Assembly: GCA_963840515.1 (NCBI GenBank)
Contig: CAWIZI010000010.1
Location: 34,625-98,624 of the forward strand
Reading direction: 5' to 3'
Length of the DNA stretch: 64,000 bases
Origin: Terriglobia bacterium
GTDB lineage: Bacteria; Acidobacteriota; Terriglobia; Acidiferrales; UBA7541
Made by a program: the position numbers and the translations under genes. The notes below the pieces were generated by a model. That model saw only the letters and a list, made by a program, of their open reading frames with translations. It did not search any database and was not told the DNA's origin. Of this stretch, positions 27,179 to 36,726 are shown in pieces. Each line of letters starts with the position of its first letter. The stretch's first letter is position 1.

Positions 27179-28123
27179 ATGAGAAAACCACTTCTTGATT
27201 GGCGCGGCCTCGCGCTTTTCGCAATCGTCACATCCCTTAGCGCAATTCCATTGGCCTTCTTAACGCCGCGCGCTTCGGCGCAAAACCAGGGAATTCATAT
27301 CGAAGTGGACCTCGTAAATATTCTGGCCAGCGTTACGGACCGCGAAAGCAGGCCGATTCCCAGTCTTCCCGCCAGCGCGTTTGAAGTTTACGACGACGGC
27401 GTGAAGCAGAAGATCGACATTTTTGAAGCGGAAACGCACTTGCCCTTGGATTTGGCTTTGATGATTGACTCGAGCATGAGCACCAAATTGGATTTTCCGC
27501 TACAGCGCGAAGCCGCCGCGCGATTCATCCAAAAAATTGTGCGTCCCACGGATACGCTTTCCGTTTTTTCCTTTGACGATAAAGTGAAGCCGCTCACAGA
27601 TTTTTCGTCAAACGTGCCACGATTGCAGGACGCCGTGCGCAAAATCAAAATCGGCGCGGGCACTGCGATGTATGACGCCGTCTATCTGGGTTCAAGTTCG
27701 CTTGAGAAACAAAAACCGGATCGCCGCCGCGTACTGGTTTTGGTCACAGACGCGGGCGAATCCACCAGCCGCGCATCATACGAAACGGCGCGAAATGAAG
27801 CGATTCGCAGCGGCGCGATGCTGTACACAGTTTGTCTGCGTCCGATGAAATCGGAAAGCGGACGTAACACCGCAGGTGAGCACGCGTTGCAGACCATCAC
27901 CGAGATGACCGGCGGAGCCATGTTCTTTCCAGATGACGCTTCACAGCTCGACGCGATTTTTTCGCAAATTGATCGCGAGCTGCGCACGCAGTACCGCATC
28001 GGCTACTATCCGGAGCGCAAGCCGGGCGGCGGAACTGTTCGCAAAATTGAATTGAAAGTGGCGGGCGATTACCGCGTGCGTTACCGGCAGGCTTATATTT
28101 CTCCCGAAGACACGAAACACTAG
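27179..28123 (+). CDS. VWFA-related acidobacterial domain protein (TIGR03436-type), secreted
   Basis: IEVDLVNILASVTDRESRPIPSLPASAFEVYDDGVKQKIDIFE start of the domain and a VWA DxSxS-like LMIDSSMS. Start at ATG 27179. Confidence 0.7.
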   Translation: MRKPLLDWRGLALFAIVTSLSAIPLAFLTPRASAQNQGIHIEVDLVNILASVTDRESRPIPSLPASAFEVYDDGVKQKIDIFEAETHLPLDLALMIDSSMSTKLDFPLQREAAARFIQKIVRPTDTLSVFSFDDKVKPLTDFSSNVPRLQDAVRKIKIGAGTAMYDAVYLGSSSLEKQKPDRRRVLVLVTDAGESTSRASYETARNEAIRSGAMLYTVCLRPMKSESGRNTAGEHALQTITEMTGGAMFFPDDASQLDAIFSQIDRELRTQYRIGYYPERKPGGGTVRKIELKVAGDYRVRYRQAYISPEDTKH

Positions 28124-28127
28124 CGCA

Positions 28128-29411
28128 TTAGTGCTTCAATCCTTCGTTCGCTGTCGTTGAACTCCGCGAAACATTTTTGTAAACCACTCCGCCCTTCATC
28201 ACAAACACCACGCGCCGAACTGCTGCGATGTCTTTCAAGGGATCGCCATCAATTGCGATGATGTCCGCCTGCATGCCCGGCGCGATCGATCCGATTTGAT
28301 CGCCCATGCCAAGCGCTTCCGCGCCAAGCGAGTTCGCGGAAACCATCGCGTTCATTGGATCGACTCCGCCATCACGCACGCGGTGAATAAAATCTTCGGC
28401 ATTGTGTCCGTGTGCGCCTGCAACTGCATCTGTGCCGAAAACGATTTTCAGTCCCCGAATTTTATTTGCGCGCCGAATGAATTCCTGATGCGCGGGAATC
28501 GAATCCTTCATCGCAGCGAATCCTTCTTCGGTGCAATAAGGAGTCTGTAGAAACTTGTCCTTATATTGAAGATAAGTTTCCAGCAGCAGCCCGGCTTGCG
28601 GATCCAAATAAATTCCGCGTTCAGCCATTAATTTTAAATCATCGTCAGACGCGCCGAGGCCGTGCTCAATTTCAGTGCATCCGGCAATTGCTGCGGCACG
28701 GACGGCGTCACGAAAAGCATGCACCAGTGTTCGTAACCCCTGCTTTTTCGCTTCGTCACAAGCGGCATTCAATTGTTCCTGCGACATTGTCATCTTGCCG
28801 CTCGTCATTCCTCCGGAAGCGAATATTTTTATGAAGTCAGCGCCCGCCGCTTTTTGTTTTTGTACAAATGCGCGAATTTCATCCGGCGTTCCAGTCTGTT
28901 CGCCGCGTCCAAAAAGTGGAGCGGCAGATGTCAGTACGCGCGGGCCGGGAATCGCACCGCGCGCAATCGCATCGCGCAGCGGAATATCGGTAGGCGAGCC
29001 GGGACTTTGGATTGTAGTGAAGCCCGCCATCAGCGTTGCGTATGCATTCGCTTCCGACTGATACGCCGCTTCCGGAGTCGTGCGATCCATGCCGCCATTT
29101 TTTCCGTCAGGGCCGAAACTCCAGGTGATATGGGCGTGCGCGTCGATCCATCCCGGCATCACCGTAAGGCCGCGCAGATCGTAATCCACCGGCCCGGCCT
29201 TAGGATCAATCGCGACTATTTTTGATCCTTCGATAACAATGCGAGTGTCGTGCAGCACTTGACCTCGACCGTCGAGGATGGTACCTGCGGCAATTACGAT
29301 GTGCGGGGTGCTTGTAAATGAGTGCGCGGGCTCTTGAGAAGAATTTCCGCGCAGTATCGCGCAGAGTCCGATGATTCCGAACATGCAAATAATAATTTTC
29401 GCCGAAATCAT
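28128..29411 (-). CDS. amidohydrolase-family metal-dependent hydrolase with N-terminal signal/anchor
   Basis: GWIDAHAHI metal-binding start and a later VHAF..GTD..HG pattern. Start placed at ATG 29411. Confidence 0.7.
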   Translation of the reverse strand: MISAKIIICMFGIIGLCAILRGNSSQEPAHSFTSTPHIVIAAGTILDGRGQVLHDTRIVIEGSKIVAIDPKAGPVDYDLRGLTVMPGWIDAHAHITWSFGPDGKNGGMDRTTPEAAYQSEANAYATLMAGFTTIQSPGSPTDIPLRDAIARGAIPGPRVLTSAAPLFGRGEQTGTPDEIRAFVQKQKAAGADFIKIFASGGMTSGKMTMSQEQLNAACDEAKKQGLRTLVHAFRDAVRAAAIAGCTEIEHGLGASDDDLKLMAERGIYLDPQAGLLLETYLQYKDKFLQTPYCTEEGFAAMKDSIPAHQEFIRRANKIRGLKIVFGTDAVAGAHGHNAEDFIHRVRDGGVDPMNAMVSANSLGAEALGMGDQIGSIAPGMQADIIAIDGDPLKDIAAVRRVVFVMKGGVVYKNVSRSSTTANEGLKH

Positions 29412-29421
29412 ATTTGCGGTC

Positions 29422-29775
29422 CTATGGCGCCGTTCTTCGCGGTTTCGGCGGGAGCGGCATTTCGATAAACGCATAGCTTCCAGGCGTGGCGGCATCGGCA
29501 TTCGCCGCTATCGCTGCACCGTGCTTTTGCACCACGGGCCAAATGTTTGAGCCGAGCACGACTGGGGCGAGCTTCCTTCCTGAAAGGTTTTGCTGATAGC
29601 GGATATTCTGATCGGATGTCACCATCGCGTCGAAACCCGAACGCTCCGCAACTTCCAGAAGCTTGCCGTTTTCGAGTTGGTCTGACCAGCCCATTTCCGA
29701 AGCTGTATGGACCTCATGCCCAGGCAGGAAGGTACGCGTGCCAACCGGATCGTTCTTATCAAACAGGATGCGCAA
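29422..29775 (-). CDS. DUF5615-family PIN-like protein (putative toxin)
   Basis: MRILFDKN..P start and a DAMVTSDQNIRYQQNL block typical of DUF5615/Mut7-C-like proteins. Overlaps the upstream DUF433 gene by 17 nt. Confidence 0.6.
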   Translation of the reverse strand: MRILFDKNDPVGTRTFLPGHEVHTASEMGWSDQLENGKLLEVAERSGFDAMVTSDQNIRYQQNLSGRKLAPVVLGSNIWPVVQKHGAAIAANADAATPGSYAFIEMPLPPKPRRTAP

Positions 29776-30034
29776 CGCGATGGCTCTTTGCGTAAGTCAC
29801 AATTGCTTCGGCCCGCTCAGGAGGAATTTCAAACTGTTCGGCGATCTCCGCGACGCTCAGTTCATAGTCGAAATTATCTACGATGGCGCTTACAGGCATC
29901 CGCGTTCCGCGCAGTACGGGAGCGCCGCTTTGAACTCCGGGCTTGATTTCGACAAGCGGGCATTCCGCCCAGTCGATTTTTTCCCCGCTAGACACGGTGG
30001 CCTCCATCACTATAATTTCACGTTTTCGCGGCAA
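29759..30034 (-). CDS. DUF433 domain protein (putative antitoxin)
   Basis: PGVQSGAPVLRGTRMPVSAIVDNF...SVAEIAEQF pattern of DUF433. The start could be the internal ATG at 30007. Confidence 0.6.
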   Translation of the reverse strand: MPRKREIIVMEATVSSGEKIDWAECPLVEIKPGVQSGAPVLRGTRMPVSAIVDNFDYELSVAEIAEQFEIPPERAEAIVTYAKSHRVAHPV

Positions 30035-30125
30035 AAACCATAGCGTTACAGGGTTCAGAGCGGTGGCGATACATTTTGCCCAACTTCAATGTTTCCGGTG
30101 TCTTCGCTCTGTTACGATACGTGCG

Positions 30126-30974
30126 ATGAAATCCTATTTGGAAGTAGCCGTCGAAGCCGCACTTGAAGCCGGCGCAATTCTGATGACCGAGCTCGCTCGT
30201 CCCGTCGAAATAAATTACAAAGGCGAAGTGGATATCGTCACGCAGGCCGACGGGCGTTCCGAGCGAGCCATTGTCACGCGCTTGAGCAATCATTTCCCCA
30301 CGCACGCAATTATCGCGGAAGAAAGTGGATTGCACGCGGCCACAACTGCCGCCGCGAGCGGGTCCGGCCCGCGATTCTGCTGGTACGTGGATCCGCTGGA
30401 CGGCACCACGAATTTTGCGCACGGCTATCCGTGGTTTTGCGTTTCGATCGGACTCGCCGAAGGCCCGCCGGGAAAAGAAGAATTGCTCGCCGGCGTTGTC
30501 TATCATCCGGTAACGCAGGAAGTGTTCACAGCGGCGCGCGGCGAAGGCGCGTATTTAAATAACAAGAAAATTCACGTTTCAAAAATTGCGAAGCTTTCCA
30601 CCAGTCTTCTGGGCACAGGCTTTCCGGCGCACAAGCGGGTGCAGAATCCCAACATTCATTACTACTGGAATTTTACTTTGCGCACCCACGGAGTTCGCCG
30701 CGCCGGTTCGGCCGCGCTCGATCTAGCTTCCGTCGCATGCGGCCGATTTGAAGGCTTCTGGGAATTTGGATTGAAACCGTGGGATACCGCCGCGGGCGTT
30801 CTTCTTGTGCGCGAGGCCGGCGGAATGGTCACAGATTTTTCCGGCCAACCGTATCAACTTGGCGGGCGCGAATTAATGGCCTCAAATTCGCTGGTACAGG
30901 CGGAAATGCAAACCGTCGCCTCGGAAACCGCGCGAACCGCGCCGGATGCTCCGCTCTCCGGCATCTCCGGCTAA
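30126..30974 (+). CDS. inositol monophosphatase family protein (SuhB-like)
   Basis: DIVTQADGRSERAI, WYVDPLDGTTNFAHG and RRAGSAALDLASVACGRFEGFWE motifs. Start at ATG 30126. Confidence 0.85.
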   Translation: MKSYLEVAVEAALEAGAILMTELARPVEINYKGEVDIVTQADGRSERAIVTRLSNHFPTHAIIAEESGLHAATTAAASGSGPRFCWYVDPLDGTTNFAHGYPWFCVSIGLAEGPPGKEELLAGVVYHPVTQEVFTAARGEGAYLNNKKIHVSKIAKLSTSLLGTGFPAHKRVQNPNIHYYWNFTLRTHGVRRAGSAALDLASVACGRFEGFWEFGLKPWDTAAGVLLVREAGGMVTDFSGQPYQLGGRELMASNSLVQAEMQTVASETARTAPDAPLSGISG

Positions 30975-30998
30975 AGCCATTTTTGAAAAATGCGCAGA

Positions 30999-31087
30999 CC
31001 CCCACCCCCGGGGTCGTGAGCTAAGTGTGGCTAATAAAGGACTTACGGCGATCTCGTGTCAAGTGTGTGCTAATGAAGGGCTTAGCG
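30999..31087 (+). repeat. dispersed intergenic repeat, copy 1 (about 90 nt)
   Basis: CCCCCACCCCCGGGGTCG...GTGTGGCTAATAAAGGACTTACGG...GTGTGTGCTAATGAAGGGCTTAGCG. About 80% identical by eye to the reverse complement of 62470..62560. Contains an internal direct repeat of a roughly 25-nt unit. Confidence 0.75.
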
Positions 31088-31253
31088 CTTTTCGCCGTGA
31101 AAATTCCCACCAATTCTCAACGACTTACAGTCTATTTCTCACATCGTGAAACAAAAATGCCATTCTCTGCAAAATCGCATACGCGATCCTGAAATCAGTT
31201 TTACGCCCGCCATGCGTTGACTCGACATGGGGCGAATGCTAGCCTCGTCGCCA

Positions 31254-32561
31254 ATGCGCGTCGTTGACCTAATCCGCCGCAAGCGCGACTCCGGAGAACT
31301 TTCTGCCGAAGAAATCAAATTTTTAATCGACGGATACACCCACGCGCGAATCCCCGATTATCAAATGGCCGCGTGGCTGATGGCCGCATGGATTCGCGGA
31401 CTGAGCGCCGCCGAACTTGCCGCGCTCACCGAAGCAATGCTGCATTCCGGAAAAGTTTTGGACTGGAGCGATCTGCCGGGCCGAAAAGTTGATAAACATT
31501 CCACTGGCGGCGTCGGCGATAAAACTTCAATGATTATCGCGCCAATCGCAGCTGCTGGCGGATTAATTGTTCCGATGATTAGCGGCCGCGGACTGGGTCA
31601 CACCGGCGGCACTCTCGATAAACTGGAATCTATTTCTGGATTCAACGTGAATTTGTCGCTCGCAAAATTTCGCGAAGCGCTCACAAAAGTCGGTTGCGGA
31701 TTAATTGGACAGACCGAAGAAATCGCTCCAGCCGATAAAAAGATTTACGCGCTTCGCGATGTGACCGGCACAGTCGACAATCCATTTCTGATTTGCGCGT
31801 CCATTATGAGCAAGAAACTTGCCGAAGGAATTGACGCGCTGGTTCTCGACGTGAAAACCGGCTCCGGCGCGTTCATGAAAAAAGATTCTGACGCGGAATA
31901 TCTTGCGGGACTGATGGTGGAAACAGGGAAGCGCATGGGAAAGAAAGTTGTCGCGCTCATCACCGATATGGATCAGCCGCTCGGACGCACTGCGGGCAAC
32001 GCGATGGAAATTGCGGAGTGCATCGAAGTTCTCGGCGGCGCTGGCCCCGCGGATTTGCGCGAATTAAGTATTGAGTTAAGCGCTTGGATGTTTTTTCTAG
32101 GCGAGCGCTCCGCAAATGTTGCCGACGGACGCACACTTGCCAGCGAAATGATTACATCCGGCCGCGCTCGTGATAAATTCCGCGAGATCATCGCGCAACA
32201 AGGCGGCGATGCGCGTGTTGTGGACGAGCCGCAACGATTGCCGCAAGCGCGCGCGAAATTGGATGTGACGAGTAGCGCCGCGGGATTTATTTCGGCAATT
32301 GAATGCGAGCGGCTGGGCATCGCCTGCGGCGTGCTTGGCGGCGGCCGTGAAAAAAAGGAAGATGCAATTGATCCCGCCGTCGGATTGGAATTTCACTGCA
32401 GGCTCGGCGATAAAGTTGAGAGCGGCGCGCGCTTGGTGACGCTGCACTACAATTCGGACGCGAGACTTTCCGAAGCGCGGCAACTCGTCGAATCAAGTTA
32501 TGCCGTGTCGGCAAAACCGCCGGCGCCGCGTCCGCTGATTCACAAAGTAATTGGCGCCTGA
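31254..32561 (+). CDS. deoA: thymidine/pyrimidine-nucleoside phosphorylase
   Basis: MRVVDLIRRKRDSGELSAEEIKFLIDGY aligns with the E. coli DeoA N-terminus. DKHSTGGVGDKTS and SGRGLGHTGGTLDKLES are present. The track ORF starts at 31227. Confidence 0.9.
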   Translation: MRVVDLIRRKRDSGELSAEEIKFLIDGYTHARIPDYQMAAWLMAAWIRGLSAAELAALTEAMLHSGKVLDWSDLPGRKVDKHSTGGVGDKTSMIIAPIAAAGGLIVPMISGRGLGHTGGTLDKLESISGFNVNLSLAKFREALTKVGCGLIGQTEEIAPADKKIYALRDVTGTVDNPFLICASIMSKKLAEGIDALVLDVKTGSGAFMKKDSDAEYLAGLMVETGKRMGKKVVALITDMDQPLGRTAGNAMEIAECIEVLGGAGPADLRELSIELSAWMFFLGERSANVADGRTLASEMITSGRARDKFREIIAQQGGDARVVDEPQRLPQARAKLDVTSSAAGFISAIECERLGIACGVLGGGREKKEDAIDPAVGLEFHCRLGDKVESGARLVTLHYNSDARLSEARQLVESSYAVSAKPPAPRPLIHKVIGA

Positions 32562-32614
32562 AGTTTTCTGAAGCGTTCGCTAAGCACGCCGCCGAAAGGC
32601 GCGGAGGCAACTCG

Positions 32615-33883
32615 ATGGGGCGATTTACCGGAGTCCTTGGCCTGCTGACCATGCTGGGGCTGGCGTATTTAATGTCCAGCAATCGGCGCGCGATAAAATT
32701 AAAAACGATCGCGTGGGGACTTGGCCTGCAGCTCACATTTGCGTATATCGTTCTGAAACTTTCTTACGGCCAGCGTGTGTTGGAAGTAGCGTCGAATGCG
32801 GTCGGAAGACTTCTTAATTATTCCTATGTTGGTTCCGAATTTGTTTTTGGCCCGCTCGGTGCGAAAATTAACCAGGTTTCCGTGCTTGGAATCCCCGCCG
32901 AGCAAGTTCATTATTTCGCGTTCCAGGTTCTGCCAACAATTATTTTCATCGCCGCTTTTTTCGCGCTCCTCTATTACCTTCGCGTGATGCAGGTCATCAT
33001 CCGAATCGCCGCGTGGATTATGCAGCGCGTGATGGGCGCAAGCGGCGCGGAATCTTTGAACGTCGCCGCGAGCATCTTCATGGGACAGACCGAAGCGCCG
33101 CTGACGATTCGCCCGTTCCTGCCGGATTTAACGCGTTCAGAATTGATGACCGTTATGACCAGCGGCATGGCGCACGTTTCGGGTGGAATCATGGCGGCGT
33201 ACGTTGCGATGGGCGGCGTTGAAATCAAACATTTGCTTTCCGCGGTCATCATGACGGCGCCGGGAACTCTGCTGATGGCAAAGATGATCGTGCCCGAAAC
33301 AGAAATTGCGAAAACCGCCGGACAAGTTACGATGCCGGAAAACGCCGAGCATAAGGACGATAATTTCCTGAGCGCGATTTCGCGCGGCACTTCGGATGGC
33401 CTGAGTCTGGCGATAAATGTTGCGGCTATGCTGATTTCGTTTCTGGCGCTGATTGCGCTGCTTAATGGAATTCTCGGCGGCACGCACAATTGGCTTGCCT
33501 ACCATCACATCAGTTGGTTTCCATCGTCGCTTCAACAAATCTTCGGTTGGATTTTTGCGCCCGTCGCTTGGGTGATTGGAATTCCGTGGCGCGATTGCCA
33601 TTCGATCGGAAATTTGCTGGGGATCCGCACGTCGGCCAATGAATTGGTTGCGTTCACCCAACTGGGCCCGATGAAAGGTGTGCTGGATCCGCGGTCGTTT
33701 ACGATTGCCACATTTGCGCTCTGCGGATTCGCAAATTTCAGTTCCATCGGAATTCAGATTGGCGGCATCGGGGCGCTGGCTCCGAATAAACGCAGCGAAC
33801 TTGCGAAGCTTGGCATTCGCGCGATGCTTGCTGGAACGATGGCGAATTTAATGTCGGCCGCGATCGTGGGAATGTTTCTGTGA
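32615..33883 (+). CDS. nupC: NupC/NupG-family concentrative nucleoside transporter
   Basis: 422-aa polytopic protein with GSEFVFGPL, IFMGQTEAPL and FANFSSIGIQIGGIG blocks. Confidence 0.85.
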   Translation: MGRFTGVLGLLTMLGLAYLMSSNRRAIKLKTIAWGLGLQLTFAYIVLKLSYGQRVLEVASNAVGRLLNYSYVGSEFVFGPLGAKINQVSVLGIPAEQVHYFAFQVLPTIIFIAAFFALLYYLRVMQVIIRIAAWIMQRVMGASGAESLNVAASIFMGQTEAPLTIRPFLPDLTRSELMTVMTSGMAHVSGGIMAAYVAMGGVEIKHLLSAVIMTAPGTLLMAKMIVPETEIAKTAGQVTMPENAEHKDDNFLSAISRGTSDGLSLAINVAAMLISFLALIALLNGILGGTHNWLAYHHISWFPSSLQQIFGWIFAPVAWVIGIPWRDCHSIGNLLGIRTSANELVAFTQLGPMKGVLDPRSFTIATFALCGFANFSSIGIQIGGIGALAPNKRSELAKLGIRAMLAGTMANLMSAAIVGMFL

Positions 33884-34776
33884 GTCCAGCGCGCACGGCA
33901 GGGAATAGCGCAGGCAAAGAATTCGCGCGGGCAAACGCTGCAGCGAAATATATTCTTGCGCGCACAAAACTTCGTTCGCGAATCGGAATTGTTTTGGGCA
34001 GCGGACTTGGCGGATTTGCGGACGAACTTACTTCGTCGACGCACATTCCTTACACGCGTATCCCGAAGTTCCCGCGATCAACTGCCGTTGGGCATGCGGG
34101 ACAACTTGTGATTGGAAAGTTGCACGGTAAGGCCGGTGATATTCCTATCGCCGCAATGCAGGGCCGCGTACATTTCTACGAGGGCTATCCGCTTTCCGAA
34201 GTTATTTTCCCGATGCGAGTATTCGCGTGCATGGGAATTCGCGCTGTGATTCTGACAAATGCCGCCGGCGGAATTAATCGCAATTACGGACAGGGAGCGC
34301 TGGTCGTTTTGAGCGATCACATTAATTTGCAAGGATCGAATCCGCTGATTGGTGCGAACGACGAACGCTTCGGCCCGCGTTTTCCGGATATGACGCACGC
34401 TTACAATCGGAATTTTCGGAAGCACGCGCTCGACGAAGGCAGCAAGCTTGGAATGGTGATTCACGAAGGCGTTTACGCGGCGCTTACCGGGCCGAGTTAC
34501 GAAACGCCGGCGGAGATTCGTTATCTTGCGACGATTGGCGCGGATCTAGTGGGCATGTCCACAGTTCCGGAAGTGATTGCGGCGCGGCACATGGGGATTG
34601 AAGTGTTGGGAATTTCTTGCGTTACGAATATGGCTGCCGGAATTTTGGATCAGCCGCTGAATCACGAAGAGGTTTTGGCCACCGGCGCGCGAGTGAAGGA
34701 TCAATTTATCGCACTGCTGCGATCCGTGATTCCGCACATCGCTTCCGAGGTCGAGAATGTGGGGGCAAAGAAATGA
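33880..34776 (+). CDS. purine-nucleoside phosphorylase (trimeric PNP/PunA family)
   Basis: GHAGQLVIG, GRVHFYEGY, TNAAGG, GPSYETPAEIR and MSTVPEV motifs. GTGA overlap with nupC. Confidence 0.9.
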   Translation: MSPARTAGNSAGKEFARANAAAKYILARTKLRSRIGIVLGSGLGGFADELTSSTHIPYTRIPKFPRSTAVGHAGQLVIGKLHGKAGDIPIAAMQGRVHFYEGYPLSEVIFPMRVFACMGIRAVILTNAAGGINRNYGQGALVVLSDHINLQGSNPLIGANDERFGPRFPDMTHAYNRNFRKHALDEGSKLGMVIHEGVYAALTGPSYETPAEIRYLATIGADLVGMSTVPEVIAARHMGIEVLGISCVTNMAAGILDQPLNHEEVLATGARVKDQFIALLRSVIPHIASEVENVGAKK

Positions 34777-35180
34777 CGTCCGGCGCTGACAATAATAATG
34801 ACGCGCTTCTTGCGGCAGCGCGGGCTGCACGTGAAAATGCCGTTGCTACATTTTCCAAGTTTCGCGTTGGCGCTGCATTGCGCGCGAAATCGGGGAAGGT
34901 TTATAGCGGCTGCAACGTGGAAAATGCCAGCTATGGATTGACGATCTGCGCTGAGCGCGTGGCCATCTTCAAAGCTCTTTCGGAAGGAGAGCGCGGCTTC
35001 GACGCGATAGCCGTTGTGACCGATGCGGAAAAGTTAACTCCGCCATGCGGCGCGTGCCGCCAAATTATCTGGGAATTTTGCGGTGATGCGGAAGTGATTC
35101 TCGGCAACCTAAAAGGGAAAACAGAAGTCCATCGCATGTCGGCTCTATTTCCATTGCCGTTCGACATTTCAAATCTCTAA
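34773..35180 (+). CDS. cdd: cytidine deaminase
   Basis: FRVGAALR, CAERVAI and PCGACRQ zinc motifs. ATGA overlap with the PNP gene. Confidence 0.9.
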   Translation: MTSGADNNNDALLAAARAARENAVATFSKFRVGAALRAKSGKVYSGCNVENASYGLTICAERVAIFKALSEGERGFDAIAVVTDAEKLTPPCGACRQIIWEFCGDAEVILGNLKGKTEVHRMSALFPLPFDISNL

Positions 35181-35216
35181 CTTGCCGCGAGGTTCGCCGG
35201 CGGATACGATTCTCAA

Positions 35217-36710
35217 ATGACATTGACCTTGCTGAATTCCACGAAACGACATTTTGTGAGAACTGGTGTGCTGCGAATTATCGTAGCGAACTTCGGCGCG
35301 ATCTTATTGATGACAGCAGTAGCGGTTTCTGTCGGCGCACAAGCGAAGAAATCGGCCGCGCCGCAGCCCGCGCGCGAACATATTGATCTGCTCATCACTG
35401 CGCAATATGTCGTAACGATCGACGCGTCACGGCGCGTAATTGACGATGGCGCAGTCGCTGTGCGTGGCGACGCAATCGTCGCCGTGGGTCCGCGCGCGGA
35501 ACTTGAAGCCAAATATATTTCTACGCGCCGAATTTCCGCGCCGTACGGATTGATAATGCCGGGACTGATCAATGGACACACGCACGCTGCGATGACGCTT
35601 TTTCGCGGAATTAAAGACGATGTCACGCTGCAGGACTGGCTAACGAATTATATTTTCCCCGCCGAAGCAAAGAATGTTACCGAGGATTTTGTGACCTGGG
35701 GCACGCGCCTGGGAATTCTGGAAATGTTGCGCGGTGGCACGACCACCTACACGGACATGTATTATTTCGAGGACGCCGTTGCGCGCGAAACTAAAGCCGC
35801 CGGCATGCGCGGAGTTCTGGGCGAAACATTTATCGATTTTCCCGCGCCGGATAATAAAACGCTCGCCGAAACGCTGGCATATTCTGAAAAGTTTCTGAAG
35901 CATTGGCAGGGCGATCCGTTAATTCATGCCGCCGTAGCGCCGCATTCCGTTTACACCGATTCGGCGGATACATTGCGCGCCGCTGCCGCGCTCGCGCGAA
36001 AATATCATGCGCCGATTGTGATTCACGTTTCCGAAACAAAAAAAGAAGTGGACGATAACCGCGCTGCTCATGGAGTTTCTCCAGTGGCGTGGCTCGATCA
36101 ACTCGGTGTGCTGGGTCCGGACGTCGTCGCCGCGCACTGCATTTGGATTGACGCAGCGGACATCGCGATGCTTGCGAAATCGCAAGCCGGATGCGTGCAC
36201 AATCCCAGCAGCAACATGATGCTCGCGAGTGGCGTTGCTCCGGTACAAGCAATGTTGAGCGCCGGAGTTCGGCTCGGTCTGGGCACGGATGGCCCTGCGG
36301 GCAGTAACAACGATCTGAACATGATGGAAGAAATGGATCTGGCCGCGAAGCTTCAGAAAATTACGCGCATGGATCCGCAAGCGCTGGGCGCCAAGCAAGC
36401 TGTTGAAATGGCGACGATCGGCGGCGCGCGAGCGCTTCACATGGAAAATGAAATTGGCTCGCTTGAAGTGGGAAAGAAAGCGGACTTAATCGTGATTAGC
36501 CTCGACGAAGCAAATGCCGTGCCTCTTTACGACGTCTATTCGCAAATTGTATATGCGCTGAAAGCCAGCGATGTTCAGGACACGGTCGTCGGCGGGCGAA
36601 TCGTGATGCAAAATGGCCGCGTTCTCACGCTCAATGAAGCCGCTATTCTGGCGAAGGCGCGTGAATTTGGCGCGCAGGTGAAGCAATCTCTCGCGGCCCC
36701 ACAAAAATAA
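35217..36710 (+). CDS. ATZ/TRZ-type amidohydrolase (MTA/SAH- or nucleobase-deaminase-like) with a possible N-terminal signal/anchor
   Basis: LINGHTHAAMTLFRG, HVSETKKEV and GLGTDGPAGSNNDLNMMEE motifs. Last gene of the nucleoside operon. The N-terminal hydrophobic stretch depends on the choice of start. Confidence 0.75.
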   Translation: MTLTLLNSTKRHFVRTGVLRIIVANFGAILLMTAVAVSVGAQAKKSAAPQPAREHIDLLITAQYVVTIDASRRVIDDGAVAVRGDAIVAVGPRAELEAKYISTRRISAPYGLIMPGLINGHTHAAMTLFRGIKDDVTLQDWLTNYIFPAEAKNVTEDFVTWGTRLGILEMLRGGTTTYTDMYYFEDAVARETKAAGMRGVLGETFIDFPAPDNKTLAETLAYSEKFLKHWQGDPLIHAAVAPHSVYTDSADTLRAAAALARKYHAPIVIHVSETKKEVDDNRAAHGVSPVAWLDQLGVLGPDVVAAHCIWIDAADIAMLAKSQAGCVHNPSSNMMLASGVAPVQAMLSAGVRLGLGTDGPAGSNNDLNMMEEMDLAAKLQKITRMDPQALGAKQAVEMATIGGARALHMENEIGSLEVGKKADLIVISLDEANAVPLYDVYSQIVYALKASDVQDTVVGGRIVMQNGRVLTLNEAAILAKAREFGAQVKQSLAAPQK

Positions 36711-36726
36711 TATTCGTCGAACAGCG

